This document shows, one piece after another, positions 8,330 through 17,667 of a stretch of 64,000 nt of DNA (the stretch's first letter is position 1; the number at the start of each line of letters is the position of its first letter). Under the pieces are notes generated by a model. It ran no database searches. It saw only the letters and a program-made list of their open reading frames with translations, and was not told the origin of the DNA. Made by a program: the position numbers and the translations under genes. The stretch is from an uncultured Candidatus Saccharibacteria bacterium (lineage in GTDB: Bacteria > Patescibacteriota > Saccharimonadia > Saccharimonadales > Saccharimonadaceae): NCBI GenBank assembly GCA_964488555.1, contig CAZAUF010000002.1, positions 49,407-113,406 on the forward strand, given 5' to 3'.

Positions 8330-10073
8330 ACTGGCCGGGAATCTTAAACTGACCAGGCTCGTTCGTAGGCGCAGGAGGCGGTGGAGTGGTATTGCTATCG
8401 CCAAACACATCACCCGATACCGCACCAGATGGCATTGCGCCGCCTCCATTGCCGAATACTGGTGGCGGCGGAGGTGGTGGAGGTAGCGGTGGCATATTGG
8501 CATCATTTGGCATTGGAGGTAGCGGTGGCAGTGGCGGTAGTTCCGGCATCTCCGGATCAATCGCTTGTGCCGGTGTGATAGCTGGAGGTGGCGTTGGTGC
8601 TGCTGGCTCAGCGGGTGGTTCCACTGGTGGCTGACTCAACGGCTGCACGACATGAGGACCCGTAGGTGGCGGGGCGGTTGCAAGCATGTTTGCACCCTCC
8701 GGTGTGCCTTCAGTACCTGTAGGCGCATCTCCCTGTGGTGCTGCGGGCATATTGAAAGGATCGACCATTGTTTGCTCATCGCTCTCTGTCTGGATACTGT
8801 TGATTGGCGATGCATCCCCTTGTGGCATAGAGGTCATAGGTCCATGATCATTAATAATCGTCGGTGGTGGCCCTGCCGGAGCAACGTCTGGCTGAACGTC
8901 AGGTGCTGGCACTGCAGCAGGATCAGGAGCAGTGGGCGTTGCCGGATCAACTGTTGGCAACGCAGGCGGTGGCGTACCTTCTGGTACAGGGTCTGCAGTC
9001 GCACCACCTGTCTCTGCCTGTCCATTGGCGACTTGTTGCAACTCCTTCTCCATGTCTGCAAGTGTGGCACCGCTGTCTGCAGCAGGTGTAGAAAGTCCAG
9101 CAAGCTGCTTCTCTAGCTCTATTTGATCGGCATCTTCTGTCGACGTTTCCGGTTTTGGAGGTTGATCAGGGAGCGGCTCGATCACCTTCTCTTTCGGCTG
9201 AGAAGCTCCTTCATCTCCTTCTCGTTCGATAACCAGTTCAGTACCGTCGCCGCCCTCACTCTGCGTGTTTGTATCTGCAGGAGGGTTATCCGAATCAGGA
9301 TTTTTACTCGGTGCGATATCATGTGCTTCTTCTAACTTGGCAGCGATAAGTTGCTGGTTCGCTCCAGCAGCCATAAGTTGCGCCGCCATAGTCATAGTGT
9401 GCGAGCTGGTACGGTCATTGCTAAATCGATCCGTCGCAGAGACGATACCGGTCAGCAGTGCTGTCGATACTTGCTCGTCGAGAAGCGGATCAGTCTCTTT
9501 CAGTTGATCTGCGAGTCCGACAATCATTTCCGAAAGACTACTCACATCTTTGCCATGCCAGTCGACACTTCCAAGTTTACTACCCTTATCACCCGAAGTG
9601 ATCGTCACCACTTTGGCATCATGCAAAATCTTGCCATGAGCATCCAGTGCCTTGTCTAGGTGGTCCTGATCGCTCACACCGAGTGCAATAACCAGTTCGA
9701 CGTTGTAATCACCCTGGCTAAACTCAAGATCCTTTTCTGAAAGTGTCGTTTTGTATGGCGTAATAAAAATCTTAACGACATCGCCATCTACCTTATAGCG
9801 CAGGTGGTCGGCCTTTTCTTTGTCGAGCGCAACAATGAAATCACGCAAACTATCCGGACTACCCTCAAAAGTCTTTTGTGGATCCAAAAACGTAATGGCG
9901 GGCGGAATATTACCGCTAAATACAGAGGTAACACGTTTATCCATCTTGTCGAGCAGCAATGTCAAGCCAAGTGCCGCAGACAGCTCATCAACCGAAGGAT
10001 TCGTACTTACGGTTACCAGAATATTGCTTGTGGCTTTGATGCTTTCGACTATCTGTTGTTGGGTGGCGTCCAT
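8328..10073 (-). CDS. DHH-family-like protein with degenerate catalytic motifs and a ~320-aa Pro/acid-rich C-terminal region
   Basis: The N-terminal ~260 aa have the layout of an NrnA-like DHH/DHHA1 protein, but motif I reads NPSVDELSAALG and no DHH triad is visible. The C-terminal half is low-complexity and proline-rich. Confidence 0.45.
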   Translation of the reverse strand: MDATQQQIVESIKATSNILVTVSTNPSVDELSAALGLTLLLDKMDKRVTSVFSGNIPPAITFLDPQKTFEGSPDSLRDFIVALDKEKADHLRYKVDGDVVKIFITPYKTTLSEKDLEFSQGDYNVELVIALGVSDQDHLDKALDAHGKILHDAKVVTITSGDKGSKLGSVDWHGKDVSSLSEMIVGLADQLKETDPLLDEQVSTALLTGIVSATDRFSNDRTSSHTMTMAAQLMAAGANQQLIAAKLEEAHDIAPSKNPDSDNPPADTNTQSEGGDGTELVIEREGDEGASQPKEKVIEPLPDQPPKPETSTEDADQIELEKQLAGLSTPAADSGATLADMEKELQQVANGQAETGGATADPVPEGTPPPALPTVDPATPTAPDPAAVPAPDVQPDVAPAGPPPTIINDHGPMTSMPQGDASPINSIQTESDEQTMVDPFNMPAAPQGDAPTGTEGTPEGANMLATAPPPTGPHVVQPLSQPPVEPPAEPAAPTPPPAITPAQAIDPEMPELPPLPPLPPMPNDANMPPLPPPPPPPPVFGNGGGAMPSGAVSGDVFGDSNTTPPPPAPTNEPGQFKIPGQ

Positions 10074-10231
10074 GGTATACCTACTATGTTTTTGTTTCTC
10101 TAATGAGTTTGGTTAGACTATACCATGAGCGTTATAGTCTCGTCAACGGTTTTCACCACTTTACAAGAACCGTGTTTTCATCTATAATCTCTTTTTGATT
10201 GCAATAACAACGTATAAGAGGTAATTCATCC

Positions 10232-10615
10232 ATGCCAATCATCAAAAGTGCTATCAAGCGCATGAAGCAAACTGTGGCTCGTCGTGAGCGCAATGTCGGT
10301 ATCAAAAAAGATATCAAATCAGCTACCAAAGCTTTCGCTGCCAAACCAAGTGCAGAGGCACTCAGCAAGGCTCAGAGCGAACTCGACAAAGCTGTCAAAA
10401 AGGGTTTGATCAAAAAGAACACCGCTGCTCGACGCAAGTCTAGCTTGGCTCGCACCGCCAAGGAAAGCAACGTCAAGCTTGCAGCAGGCACTAAAAAAGC
10501 AGCCGCAAAAAAACCGGCTACTAAATCAACGACCGCAAAGAAGCCGACCGCAAAAGCCGCTCCAGCGAAAAAAGCACCGGCTAAAAAGCCAGCCGCCAAG
10601 AAAACGACGAGATAA
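10232..10615 (+). CDS. rpsT: 30S ribosomal protein S20 with Lys/Ala/Pro-rich C-terminal extension
   Basis: MPIIKSAIKRMKQTVARRERN... is a typical S20 start. About 44 extra C-terminal residues carry AKKPA-type repeats. Confidence 0.9.
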   Translation: MPIIKSAIKRMKQTVARRERNVGIKKDIKSATKAFAAKPSAEALSKAQSELDKAVKKGLIKKNTAARRKSSLARTAKESNVKLAAGTKKAAAKKPATKSTTAKKPTAKAAPAKKAPAKKPAAKKTTR

Positions 10616-10627
10616 ACTACTGCCCAC

Positions 10628-10661
10628 AAAATTAGCCTCTCAAGAGGCTAATTTTATTTTT
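10628..10661. terminator. bidirectional terminator between rpsT and holA
   Basis: 12-bp stem AAAATTAGCCTC / GAGGCTAATTTT with loop TCAA, followed by a T-run. Confidence 0.6.
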
Positions 10662-10670
10662 CGAGTCGTA

Positions 10671-11576
10671 TCATGCGGCAACTTCATAAAGTGTTTTTTC
10701 GATAAGTATCCACGGGTCAGTCGCGCTCGATTTCATAGCTGTGTCGGTATCGGCAAATGTTTGCACGATTTTTCTAACCTCACTTCTGCTCAGCTTTTTG
10801 GCATGTGGCGCGAGCTTGCCAAGCGCGTACGGGTGCGCGCCTATATCGCTCGCCACGGTCGAAGTAGGATGATCAGTCGATGCCAGTGCCGCTATTTGAA
10901 ACACTTGCCCTGCTAGGAGACCAAACGTCATGTACGGATCTTGTGCGCGCTGAAGTGTCTTTACCATGGCTGAAACCTTTTTCGTGTCGCCACGTAGTGC
11001 CGCGTCGAGCAGGTTAAATACATTCTCGGTCGGATTCGCCTCGACGACCTGCTCAATAGTTTCTGTCGTCACTTCATCAAGTACTGCGAGTTTTTGGAGA
11101 GCATGATACAGCTGCCACTGATCCAGCCCCACCCGCGCCACAAGCAGTTGAATACTTCTTTTGTCCAGCTGGAGCCCCTCTTGCCGTGCTTCTTCAGCCA
11201 GCCAACGCTCAGCTGCCTGAACGTCTCGATCGCCCCATGGATGAAACTCACGTACATCCGCAAGTTTTTTTAGGTCCTTGTATGTCTTGGTGCGCTTGTC
11301 CGGTTTTGGCTCTACAAGCACCAAATGTACGTCGTCATCCACTTTGTCTAGCCACTCAGAAAGAGTCTCCCAAAGCTGCTTATTCTCAGACAATCCGTGT
11401 ATAACGATCAATCGCTTGCTCGCGAATAGCGTCCCGCCAAGCAGCAAATCCGGTAACTGCGACAACTCCATGTCGCCGCCATCAACCTTTTCTGCCTGAC
11501 CATCAAATCCTGCGATCACCGCATTAAGCGCGCGCGTCAGTTCAAATGAGTTCTCTCCCGTCAGTAGCGTGATCAT
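10671..11576 (-). CDS. holA: DNA polymerase III subunit delta
   Basis: MITLLTGENSFEL... start and overall HolA-like sequence. The ATG at 11576 was chosen to avoid overlap with mutM, whose stop is at 11582. Confidence 0.7.
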   Translation of the reverse strand: MITLLTGENSFELTRALNAVIAGFDGQAEKVDGGDMELSQLPDLLLGGTLFASKRLIVIHGLSENKQLWETLSEWLDKVDDDVHLVLVEPKPDKRTKTYKDLKKLADVREFHPWGDRDVQAAERWLAEEARQEGLQLDKRSIQLLVARVGLDQWQLYHALQKLAVLDEVTTETIEQVVEANPTENVFNLLDAALRGDTKKVSAMVKTLQRAQDPYMTFGLLAGQVFQIAALASTDHPTSTVASDIGAHPYALGKLAPHAKKLSRSEVRKIVQTFADTDTAMKSSATDPWILIEKTLYEVAA

Positions 11577-11581
11577 TATTC

Positions 11582-12454
11582 TTATTTTAGCATCTGGCAC
11601 TGCGGACAGATATGTGTGCCGCGGCCAGCGGCTTTGAATTTGATAATCGTCTCGCTGCAGCGCGGACACGGCTGGCCTTCGCGGCGAAACACGCGCGCAA
11701 AATCCATATATGTGCCCCTTTTGCCTTCGGCGTTGACGTAGTTTTTGTCAGTCGATCCGCCCTTTTCGATCGCCAGGTTCATGACTTCGCGTAACTCTGA
11801 GTACAGTTTTTTGAACTCATTTTTTGTCACGTCACCGACTTTGGTCAGCGGATGAATTTTGGCACCCCAAAGTGATTCGTCGGCATAAATATTCCCCACG
11901 CCCGCCACGACCGTCTGGTCCAGCAGTGCGGCCTTGATCGGTGATTTGGCGCGACGCTTGAACCGCTCAGTAAACTCCTCCACCGTAAAATCAGCCTCCA
12001 GCGGCTCTGGACCGACCTTCATCATGAAATCTATATTCGGTACTTCGATGGTCGGCATAAGTCGAACCCAGCCAAACTTACGCTGGTCATTAAAATACAG
12101 ACGCGAACCGTCTTCGAAAGTGAACGTCACTCGTGTCGAACGATCAGGCAGCTCGCCGATCAGACTATCATTTGGATGTCCGGCACCGAATGCAACAGTT
12201 TTTGCTCGATACACCATCTGTCCTGTCATTTTCAGATGAATAACCAGCGTGTACTGCGTCGATAGATCGATCAATAGCACTTTGGCACGGCGGCGCACGT
12301 CAACAACGCTCGCGCCGATGAGAAAATTTTTCACATCAGCGGCAGCATTCGGGAAGCTTTTCGCCGTGTCGTGCTCGACCGCTTTTACCTTGCGACTGAT
12401 AATCAGTTCATGTAGTCCACGACGGACCGTCTCGACTTCTGGCAGCTCAGGCAC
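11582..12454 (-). CDS. mutM: formamidopyrimidine-DNA glycosylase
   Basis: MPELPEVETVRRGL N-terminus and a C-terminal CPRC..CPQC zinc finger. Confidence 0.95.
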   Translation of the reverse strand: MPELPEVETVRRGLHELIISRKVKAVEHDTAKSFPNAAADVKNFLIGASVVDVRRRAKVLLIDLSTQYTLVIHLKMTGQMVYRAKTVAFGAGHPNDSLIGELPDRSTRVTFTFEDGSRLYFNDQRKFGWVRLMPTIEVPNIDFMMKVGPEPLEADFTVEEFTERFKRRAKSPIKAALLDQTVVAGVGNIYADESLWGAKIHPLTKVGDVTKNEFKKLYSELREVMNLAIEKGGSTDKNYVNAEGKRGTYMDFARVFRREGQPCPRCSETIIKFKAAGRGTHICPQCQMLK

Positions 12455-12851
12455 GTGTTAGCTCCTGTATTTTCTGGATTGTTTCATTGGTATCTCGATG
12501 CCACACGGCTTTCATGCCTACACCCTCTGCGGCGTCGCAGTATCTTTGTACATCATCAACGAAAACACATTCCTGAGGCAACACCCCCAGACGATTCGCC
12601 GTCAATTCATAAATAGCCGGATCGGGCTTCATCGTGCCTGTTTGATAAGAAAGCACCACGTCGTCAAATAACTCTACCTGCCACTTCTCAAACAGCTCGT
12701 CCAACATGTTTCCCCCCGCGTTACTCAACATCCCTATCTTATAGCGTGGTTTCAAATCATCCCGTATGAAGGCAAAAAGCGTTTCGTCAGAACCGCTCGC
12801 ATAAATGCTCGTTAGCACGCCAAAACAATCAAAAACAACCGCCTTTATCAT
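12447..12851 (-). CDS. HAD-superfamily hydrolase
   Basis: Motif I-like AVVFDCFGVL and C-terminal VFVDD. Start set at the internal ATG at 12851. Confidence 0.65.
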   Translation of the reverse strand: MIKAVVFDCFGVLTSIYASGSDETLFAFIRDDLKPRYKIGMLSNAGGNMLDELFEKWQVELFDDVVLSYQTGTMKPDPAIYELTANRLGVLPQECVFVDDVQRYCDAAEGVGMKAVWHRDTNETIQKIQELTRA

Positions 12852-12892
12852 GCTTTTAGTATAGCAGTTACTACTGTTATACACTCACCGGT

Positions 12893-13507
12893 CTACGAAT
12901 TCAGACCAACCGCCCGGACTAATTCGGCATATTGAGGGATTTGTACTTGGAATAGTCGAGTCACCTGAGTGAGATTCGCTCTGAGGGATCCTCGCGAACC
13001 GGCGCATGTCGTTGTCCAGAGTTTTTGCACGGTATTGTCGCCTTGCATTACTTCAAATTCGTACAGATAACCGGTCGCACAGACACCCCTCGTATCGTTT
13101 GCATCCTCGCTAAGCGGTGTACCCTCCATCAAGTTAGCGCGGCTAAGCGCGTGCACAAACTGCGTGTATGCCTGGCTTGTATTGCGCAGTTGCTCGCTAT
13201 CGACTTCTTCTCGACCATAACCTGAAGCAGTTGTCATATTGCGACTGTCGGGACTGATGGTAATGGTATAGCTACGGAAATTTTCATCTGCTACAAGCGG
13301 TCCACGGACCGACATGCGAACACTCCGATTCGACTGTGTTTCGACGAGAGCTTGTTTGCCGGTGTTAGCAGGTGTCTGCGTCGGCTCCGACGCATCACCC
13401 CCGCTGAAAATCATCCGTCCAAGCGAAACAAGGGCCGCGATCGCAAGCACGACAATAATCAGGACGAGGATGACAGGAATCAACCGCTGCAGTCCACTTC
13501 TGTTCAT
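12893..13507 (-). CDS. hypothetical membrane-anchored extracytoplasmic protein
   Basis: N-terminal TM segment LIPVILVLIIVVLAIAALVSL. No recognisable domain. Confidence 0.5.
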   Translation of the reverse strand: MNRSGLQRLIPVILVLIIVVLAIAALVSLGRMIFSGGDASEPTQTPANTGKQALVETQSNRSVRMSVRGPLVADENFRSYTITISPDSRNMTTASGYGREEVDSEQLRNTSQAYTQFVHALSRANLMEGTPLSEDANDTRGVCATGYLYEFEVMQGDNTVQKLWTTTCAGSRGSLRANLTQVTRLFQVQIPQYAELVRAVGLNS

Positions 13508-13557
13508 GTATTTATTTTATAACTTTTGTGTAGTATTGTCAATTTTATCAGCAATTT

Positions 13558-13992
13558 TTAGTGCTTCGTACTGCCAAAACCACCCTCGCCGCGCTCTGTG
13601 TTGTCTAGCACGTCTCTCTCTTGCCATGTCACTTGCTCATAGCGTGCAACTATCATTTGCGCTATACGCATGCCAGGCTCTACGACAAACGGCTCCGTGC
13701 TTAGATTAATCATCAACACCCCTACTTCGCCCCTATAATCTGCGTCTACTGTACCGATGCCATTTACCATGGTAATACCATGCTTGATACTCAGCCCACT
13801 TCGTGCACGTATCTGCGCTTCATATCCGACCGGCAAAGCCACGGCAATACCTGTCGGAATCATTCGTCGTTCCATCGGCGCGAGTGTTACCGGTTCATCC
13901 AGGCAGGCATGCAGATCCATGCCAGCTGCCTGTGCTGTCTGGTATTCCGGCAAAATAGCACTGTCTTTTAGTTTTTTTATGTGCACATTCAC
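13558..13992 (-). CDS. dut: dUTP diphosphatase
   Basis: GIGTVDADYRGEV and RGEGGFGST motifs. Confidence 0.95.
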   Translation of the reverse strand: MNVHIKKLKDSAILPEYQTAQAAGMDLHACLDEPVTLAPMERRMIPTGIAVALPVGYEAQIRARSGLSIKHGITMVNGIGTVDADYRGEVGVLMINLSTEPFVVEPGMRIAQMIVARYEQVTWQERDVLDNTERGEGGFGSTKH

Positions 13993-16527
13993 CTACAGTT
14001 CGCCCCAGTTCTTGCCAATGGTCACGTCGACTTTGAGCTTAATCGGTAGCTCGGGCGCGATGTTTTCCATCGTTTCTTTCAGAATCTTGCTTACTTTTTC
14101 GGCATTTTCTTTTGGACACTCCACGAGCACGCTGTCATGAATCTGAAGGATTTGCTCGCCGAGACCAGCGATTTTTTCCTCGATCTGCAGCATGGCAAGT
14201 TTCATCAAATCGGCTTCAGTGCCTTGAATCGGCATGTTCGCCGCCTGACGTTTTGCCCCTTCGCGTACCATGAAGTTACTGCTGTTCACGTCTGGCGTCG
14301 GACGACGACGTCCGTAGTATGTTTCTACGAAACCTTCTGTCTTTGCTTTTTCAAGCGTAGCGTCGATATAGCGACGAATCGGTGCTCGTAGTTCGAAGTA
14401 ATGATCGATGTACTTTTTTGCTTCGAGCACGCTCATACCGGTCGCCACCGACAGTCCGTGCGGACTCATGCCGTAAAGCACGCCAAAATTAATAACTTTG
14501 GCATCACGCCGCTGTGCTTTTGTCACCTCTTCCATCGGTATACCATTGGCATCAGCCGCTGTCTTGGTGTGGATATCAATGTCACCGTTAAAGTCTTCGA
14601 TGAGCTGCTTATCGTCAGCCAGTACGGCAGCCAGGCGCAGCTCGAACTGACTGTAGTCAGCACCTACGAGCACGTTACCTTTTTCTGGTATAAATGCTTC
14701 GCGTATACGGCGGCCCAGATCGGTACGGACCGGAATATTCTGCAAGTTCGGGTCGGCGCTCGATAATCTTCCGGTCGCCGCGACATCTTGATTGAACGTC
14801 GTGTGAATCCGATCGTTCTCGTCAGCGACAAGCGGCAACGTATCAACGTAGGTATTTTTGAGCTTTGCCAACTCTCGTGTTCGTTCGATAAGCTCTATAA
14901 TCGGATGTTGTCCGCGTAGTTTATCAAGCGTCTTTTGATCGGTGCTCAAGCCGGTCTTGCCCTTTTTTACACCAGCGGTTGGCAGTTGCAGTTTCGTAAA
15001 CAACACTTCGGACAATTGTGCCGGACTACCGATGTTAAACTCATACCCCACCATCGTATACATTTCTTGTTCAAGCTTGGCATGCTCATCACCCAGTTCT
15101 TTGCTCATGACAGAAAGGAGTTTCTTGTCGATTTTTATGCCGCGGTGTTCGACCAGAAACAGCGTGTAGATCAATGGGAAATCAAATTTATGCGCAATCT
15201 CGGATACATGCGATAGTTCCTTGAAGCTTTCGCATTGCCAGTCATATATCTGCCACGACGCAGCGATTTTTTCTATCTCTGTTTCCAACTGGCCACCGAT
15301 AAGCGAATTGAGGCTTCGATCACGCCTCAATGGATCGATCAAAAACGCCGACTGACGGATATCGTGAATCGTTTCAAAATGAACATCCAGGATGCCCCGT
15401 GCCGCAAGCTCATGATAAAGCTGCTTGACGTCATATGCCACCACGGTAGTCATTTCCAACGCGCGCCATGCGGTTTTGTCGACTTTAGCCACAGGCAAAT
15501 GGTGCACCGTCGAACGATCAGTCGACAACCACAAATCATCACCCTCCAGGTGTAAAACAACCGTGCCGTTTAGCATCAACTGCTCTGGCCACGGCTTCTC
15601 GCTCATATCAGCCGTCGCGAGACTATTGACCGCTAACGCGCGACCAGCATGCTCGTCCTGCATGTGCTTAGGCAGTCGCTTTACGAGCGAATGAAACTCA
15701 AATTTTTCGAGTACCGCCGCGACTCTGCCAAGGTCAGTGTGATGAATATCCGCCTCTTCCCAGTCAAGCTCTATCGGCGCATCAGTGTAAATCCGCGCTA
15801 CCTCGCGACCAGCAAACGCAACGTCTTTGTCCGCTAGCAAGTTTTCTTTTTGCGCGCCTTTTAGCTCGTCTATGTGCTCGTAAATCCCCTCCAGGCTACC
15901 GTACTGTGCCAGCAATTTCTGCGCGGCGATAGGTCCGATTTTGCGCACGCCGGGTATGTTGTCACTCGTATCACCCACCAGCGCCTTATAGTCCACGAAC
16001 TGTTCGTGCTGAATCTTGTATTTTTCTACGAATGCTTGCTCGTCGTACTGCATCATATCTGAGCCGCCCTTTTTGGTGATGTACACGCTTGTCGAGGGCG
16101 AAATCATCTGCAGCATGTCGAAATCGCCAGATACCAGACATGTCTCGATGTCCTTTTTGTCCGCCTCTTTGGCGAACGTTCCCATGATGTCGTCTGCTTC
16201 ATAATTGTCAACTTCATAAAGCGGCCAATGAAATGCATCCAATAGCTCACGAAGTAGTGGAATCTGCGCATGAAAATCCGGTGGTGCTGGCTTACGCGTC
16301 GCTTTGTATTGCGGCAATATCTCTCTACGCTTCGCGATGCTCGTGCCCTTGATATCCCAGGCCACTGCTACGTAGTCTGGCTCGAGCCGCTTGATAATCT
16401 CGATCGCGATACTCGCAAAACCATACACCGCGTTTGTCGGTGTCCCATCACGCAAACTAAACGGAGGCATAGCGAAATACGCTCGGTAAAATACCGATTT
16501 GCCGTCGATAACAACCAGGCGCTTCAT
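13993..16527 (-). CDS. polA: DNA polymerase I
   Basis: 5'-nuclease N-terminus and family-A polymerase motifs (DYSQFELRLAA, QIHDSVLVE). The proofreading-domain DxE motif is not evident. Confidence 0.95.
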   Translation of the reverse strand: MKRLVVIDGKSVFYRAYFAMPPFSLRDGTPTNAVYGFASIAIEIIKRLEPDYVAVAWDIKGTSIAKRREILPQYKATRKPAPPDFHAQIPLLRELLDAFHWPLYEVDNYEADDIMGTFAKEADKKDIETCLVSGDFDMLQMISPSTSVYITKKGGSDMMQYDEQAFVEKYKIQHEQFVDYKALVGDTSDNIPGVRKIGPIAAQKLLAQYGSLEGIYEHIDELKGAQKENLLADKDVAFAGREVARIYTDAPIELDWEEADIHHTDLGRVAAVLEKFEFHSLVKRLPKHMQDEHAGRALAVNSLATADMSEKPWPEQLMLNGTVVLHLEGDDLWLSTDRSTVHHLPVAKVDKTAWRALEMTTVVAYDVKQLYHELAARGILDVHFETIHDIRQSAFLIDPLRRDRSLNSLIGGQLETEIEKIAASWQIYDWQCESFKELSHVSEIAHKFDFPLIYTLFLVEHRGIKIDKKLLSVMSKELGDEHAKLEQEMYTMVGYEFNIGSPAQLSEVLFTKLQLPTAGVKKGKTGLSTDQKTLDKLRGQHPIIELIERTRELAKLKNTYVDTLPLVADENDRIHTTFNQDVAATGRLSSADPNLQNIPVRTDLGRRIREAFIPEKGNVLVGADYSQFELRLAAVLADDKQLIEDFNGDIDIHTKTAADANGIPMEEVTKAQRRDAKVINFGVLYGMSPHGLSVATGMSVLEAKKYIDHYFELRAPIRRYIDATLEKAKTEGFVETYYGRRRPTPDVNSSNFMVREGAKRQAANMPIQGTEADLMKLAMLQIEEKIAGLGEQILQIHDSVLVECPKENAEKVSKILKETMENIAPELPIKLKVDVTIGKNWGEL

Positions 16528-16546
16528 GTTACTAGTATATCCTAGA

Positions 16547-17581
16547 CTACGAATCGCTGGCCATTAGATCTTTAAGGCGTTGATACTCCTTATCCTCATC
16601 TTCGTCATCAGACGGACGAGCTAATTTCGCTTCAGCTACTTGCTGAATCTGGCGAATACGCTCTCGTGTTAGACCGTGCCTCGTCCCTATGTCGTTGAGG
16701 GTTTGAATTGCAACGCCGTTCAAACCATAGCGACGTGCGATTATGTCATATTCTCTTTCATCGAGACGTGTCCGCAAATATGCCTCCATGCGCTCATGCA
16801 GTTCACGGTATTCCAACTGCTCTTCGATCGTTAGTGCATCCGCATCCTCTATAAAGTCGCTCAGCTGTGCACTTTCGTCTTCACCAACAAGCACGTCGAG
16901 ACTCACCGGGTCTTTGTAGCTAAGAGCCTCTTGGACTCTTTCTTCTTCAACTTTCGCTTCTTCAGCAATCTCTTTGATGGACGGCTCGCGCCCAAGACTT
17001 TCATGTAACTCACGTTCTACGCGCTTGACCTTAGTGATGGTTTCGACCATATGTGTAGGGATACGAATCGTGCGCGACTGATCAGCAAGTCCTCGCGTGA
17101 TAGACTGACGAATCCACCATGTGGCGTAGGTGCTAAGCTTGAAACCCTTCATGTAATCAAACTTTTCCACGGCGCGAATCAACCCCATACTGCCTTCTTG
17201 TATCAAATCGGGTAGGTCCATGCCTTTGCCCTGATATCGCTTTGCCATAGACACCACTAAACGTAAATTCGCTTCCAGCATGTGATGCTTTGCACGCTCA
17301 CCATCACGAGCAACATATTGCAGATCTCGCCTTTCTTCAGTAGTAAGCGTCACCTCATCGGGATTTACATCTTCCAGTTGAGGCACGTTCTCACCGGCAA
17401 CCCGGGCGAGGTATTTTTGCGCATACAAACCTGCCTCAATACGCTTTGCCAGCTCTACTTCTTCAGCCGCATCCAGCAGAGCGACCTTGCCGATCGCCTG
17501 CAAATATGTACGCAAAGGATCACGGCTGGACTCTCTATTATAAACTTGTTCATCAGAAGAATTAATTTTTCTTTCGCTCAT
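16547..17581 (-). CDS. RNA polymerase sigma-70 family factor (group 1/2-like paralogue)
   Basis: [31 protein letters not shown] and [10 protein letters not shown] motifs. ATG at 17581 preceded by GGAG. Confidence 0.85.
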   Translation of the reverse strand: MSERKINSSDEQVYNRESSRDPLRTYLQAIGKVALLDAAEEVELAKRIEAGLYAQKYLARVAGENVPQLEDVNPDEVTLTTEERRDLQYVARDGERAKHHMLEANLRLVVSMAKRYQGKGMDLPDLIQEGSMGLIRAVEKFDYMKGFKLSTYATWWIRQSITRGLADQSRTIRIPTHMVETITKVKRVERELHESLGREPSIKEIAEEAKVEEERVQEALSYKDPVSLDVLVGEDESAQLSDFIEDADALTIEEQLEYRELHERMEAYLRTRLDEREYDIIARRYGLNGVAIQTLNDIGTRHGLTRERIRQIQQVAEAKLARPSDDEDEDKEYQRLKDLMASDS

Positions 17582-17667
17582 AAACACTCCATTTTAGAGT
17601 ATTTTACTATTTTTGTGTACATAAATCAATTACAACAACACTAAAGCTACTACAAAGCTAGGAGCTT

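Noticed and set aside
8381-9126. Gly-rich and Cys/Arg/Trp-rich plus-strand ORFs, plus minus-strand alternative frames, over 8288-9126
   Set aside because: They are mirror-frame or off-frame artefacts of the proline-rich (CCN-rich) tail of the 8328-10073 gene. The same explanation applies to the ORFs at 52164-52577.
10115-10140. Inverted repeat AGACTATA-N10-TATAGTCT in the divergent region between the DHH-like gene and rpsT
   Set aside because: The arms are short (8 bp), there is only a single occurrence in the window, and no known operator matches. This is not enough to call a regulatory site.
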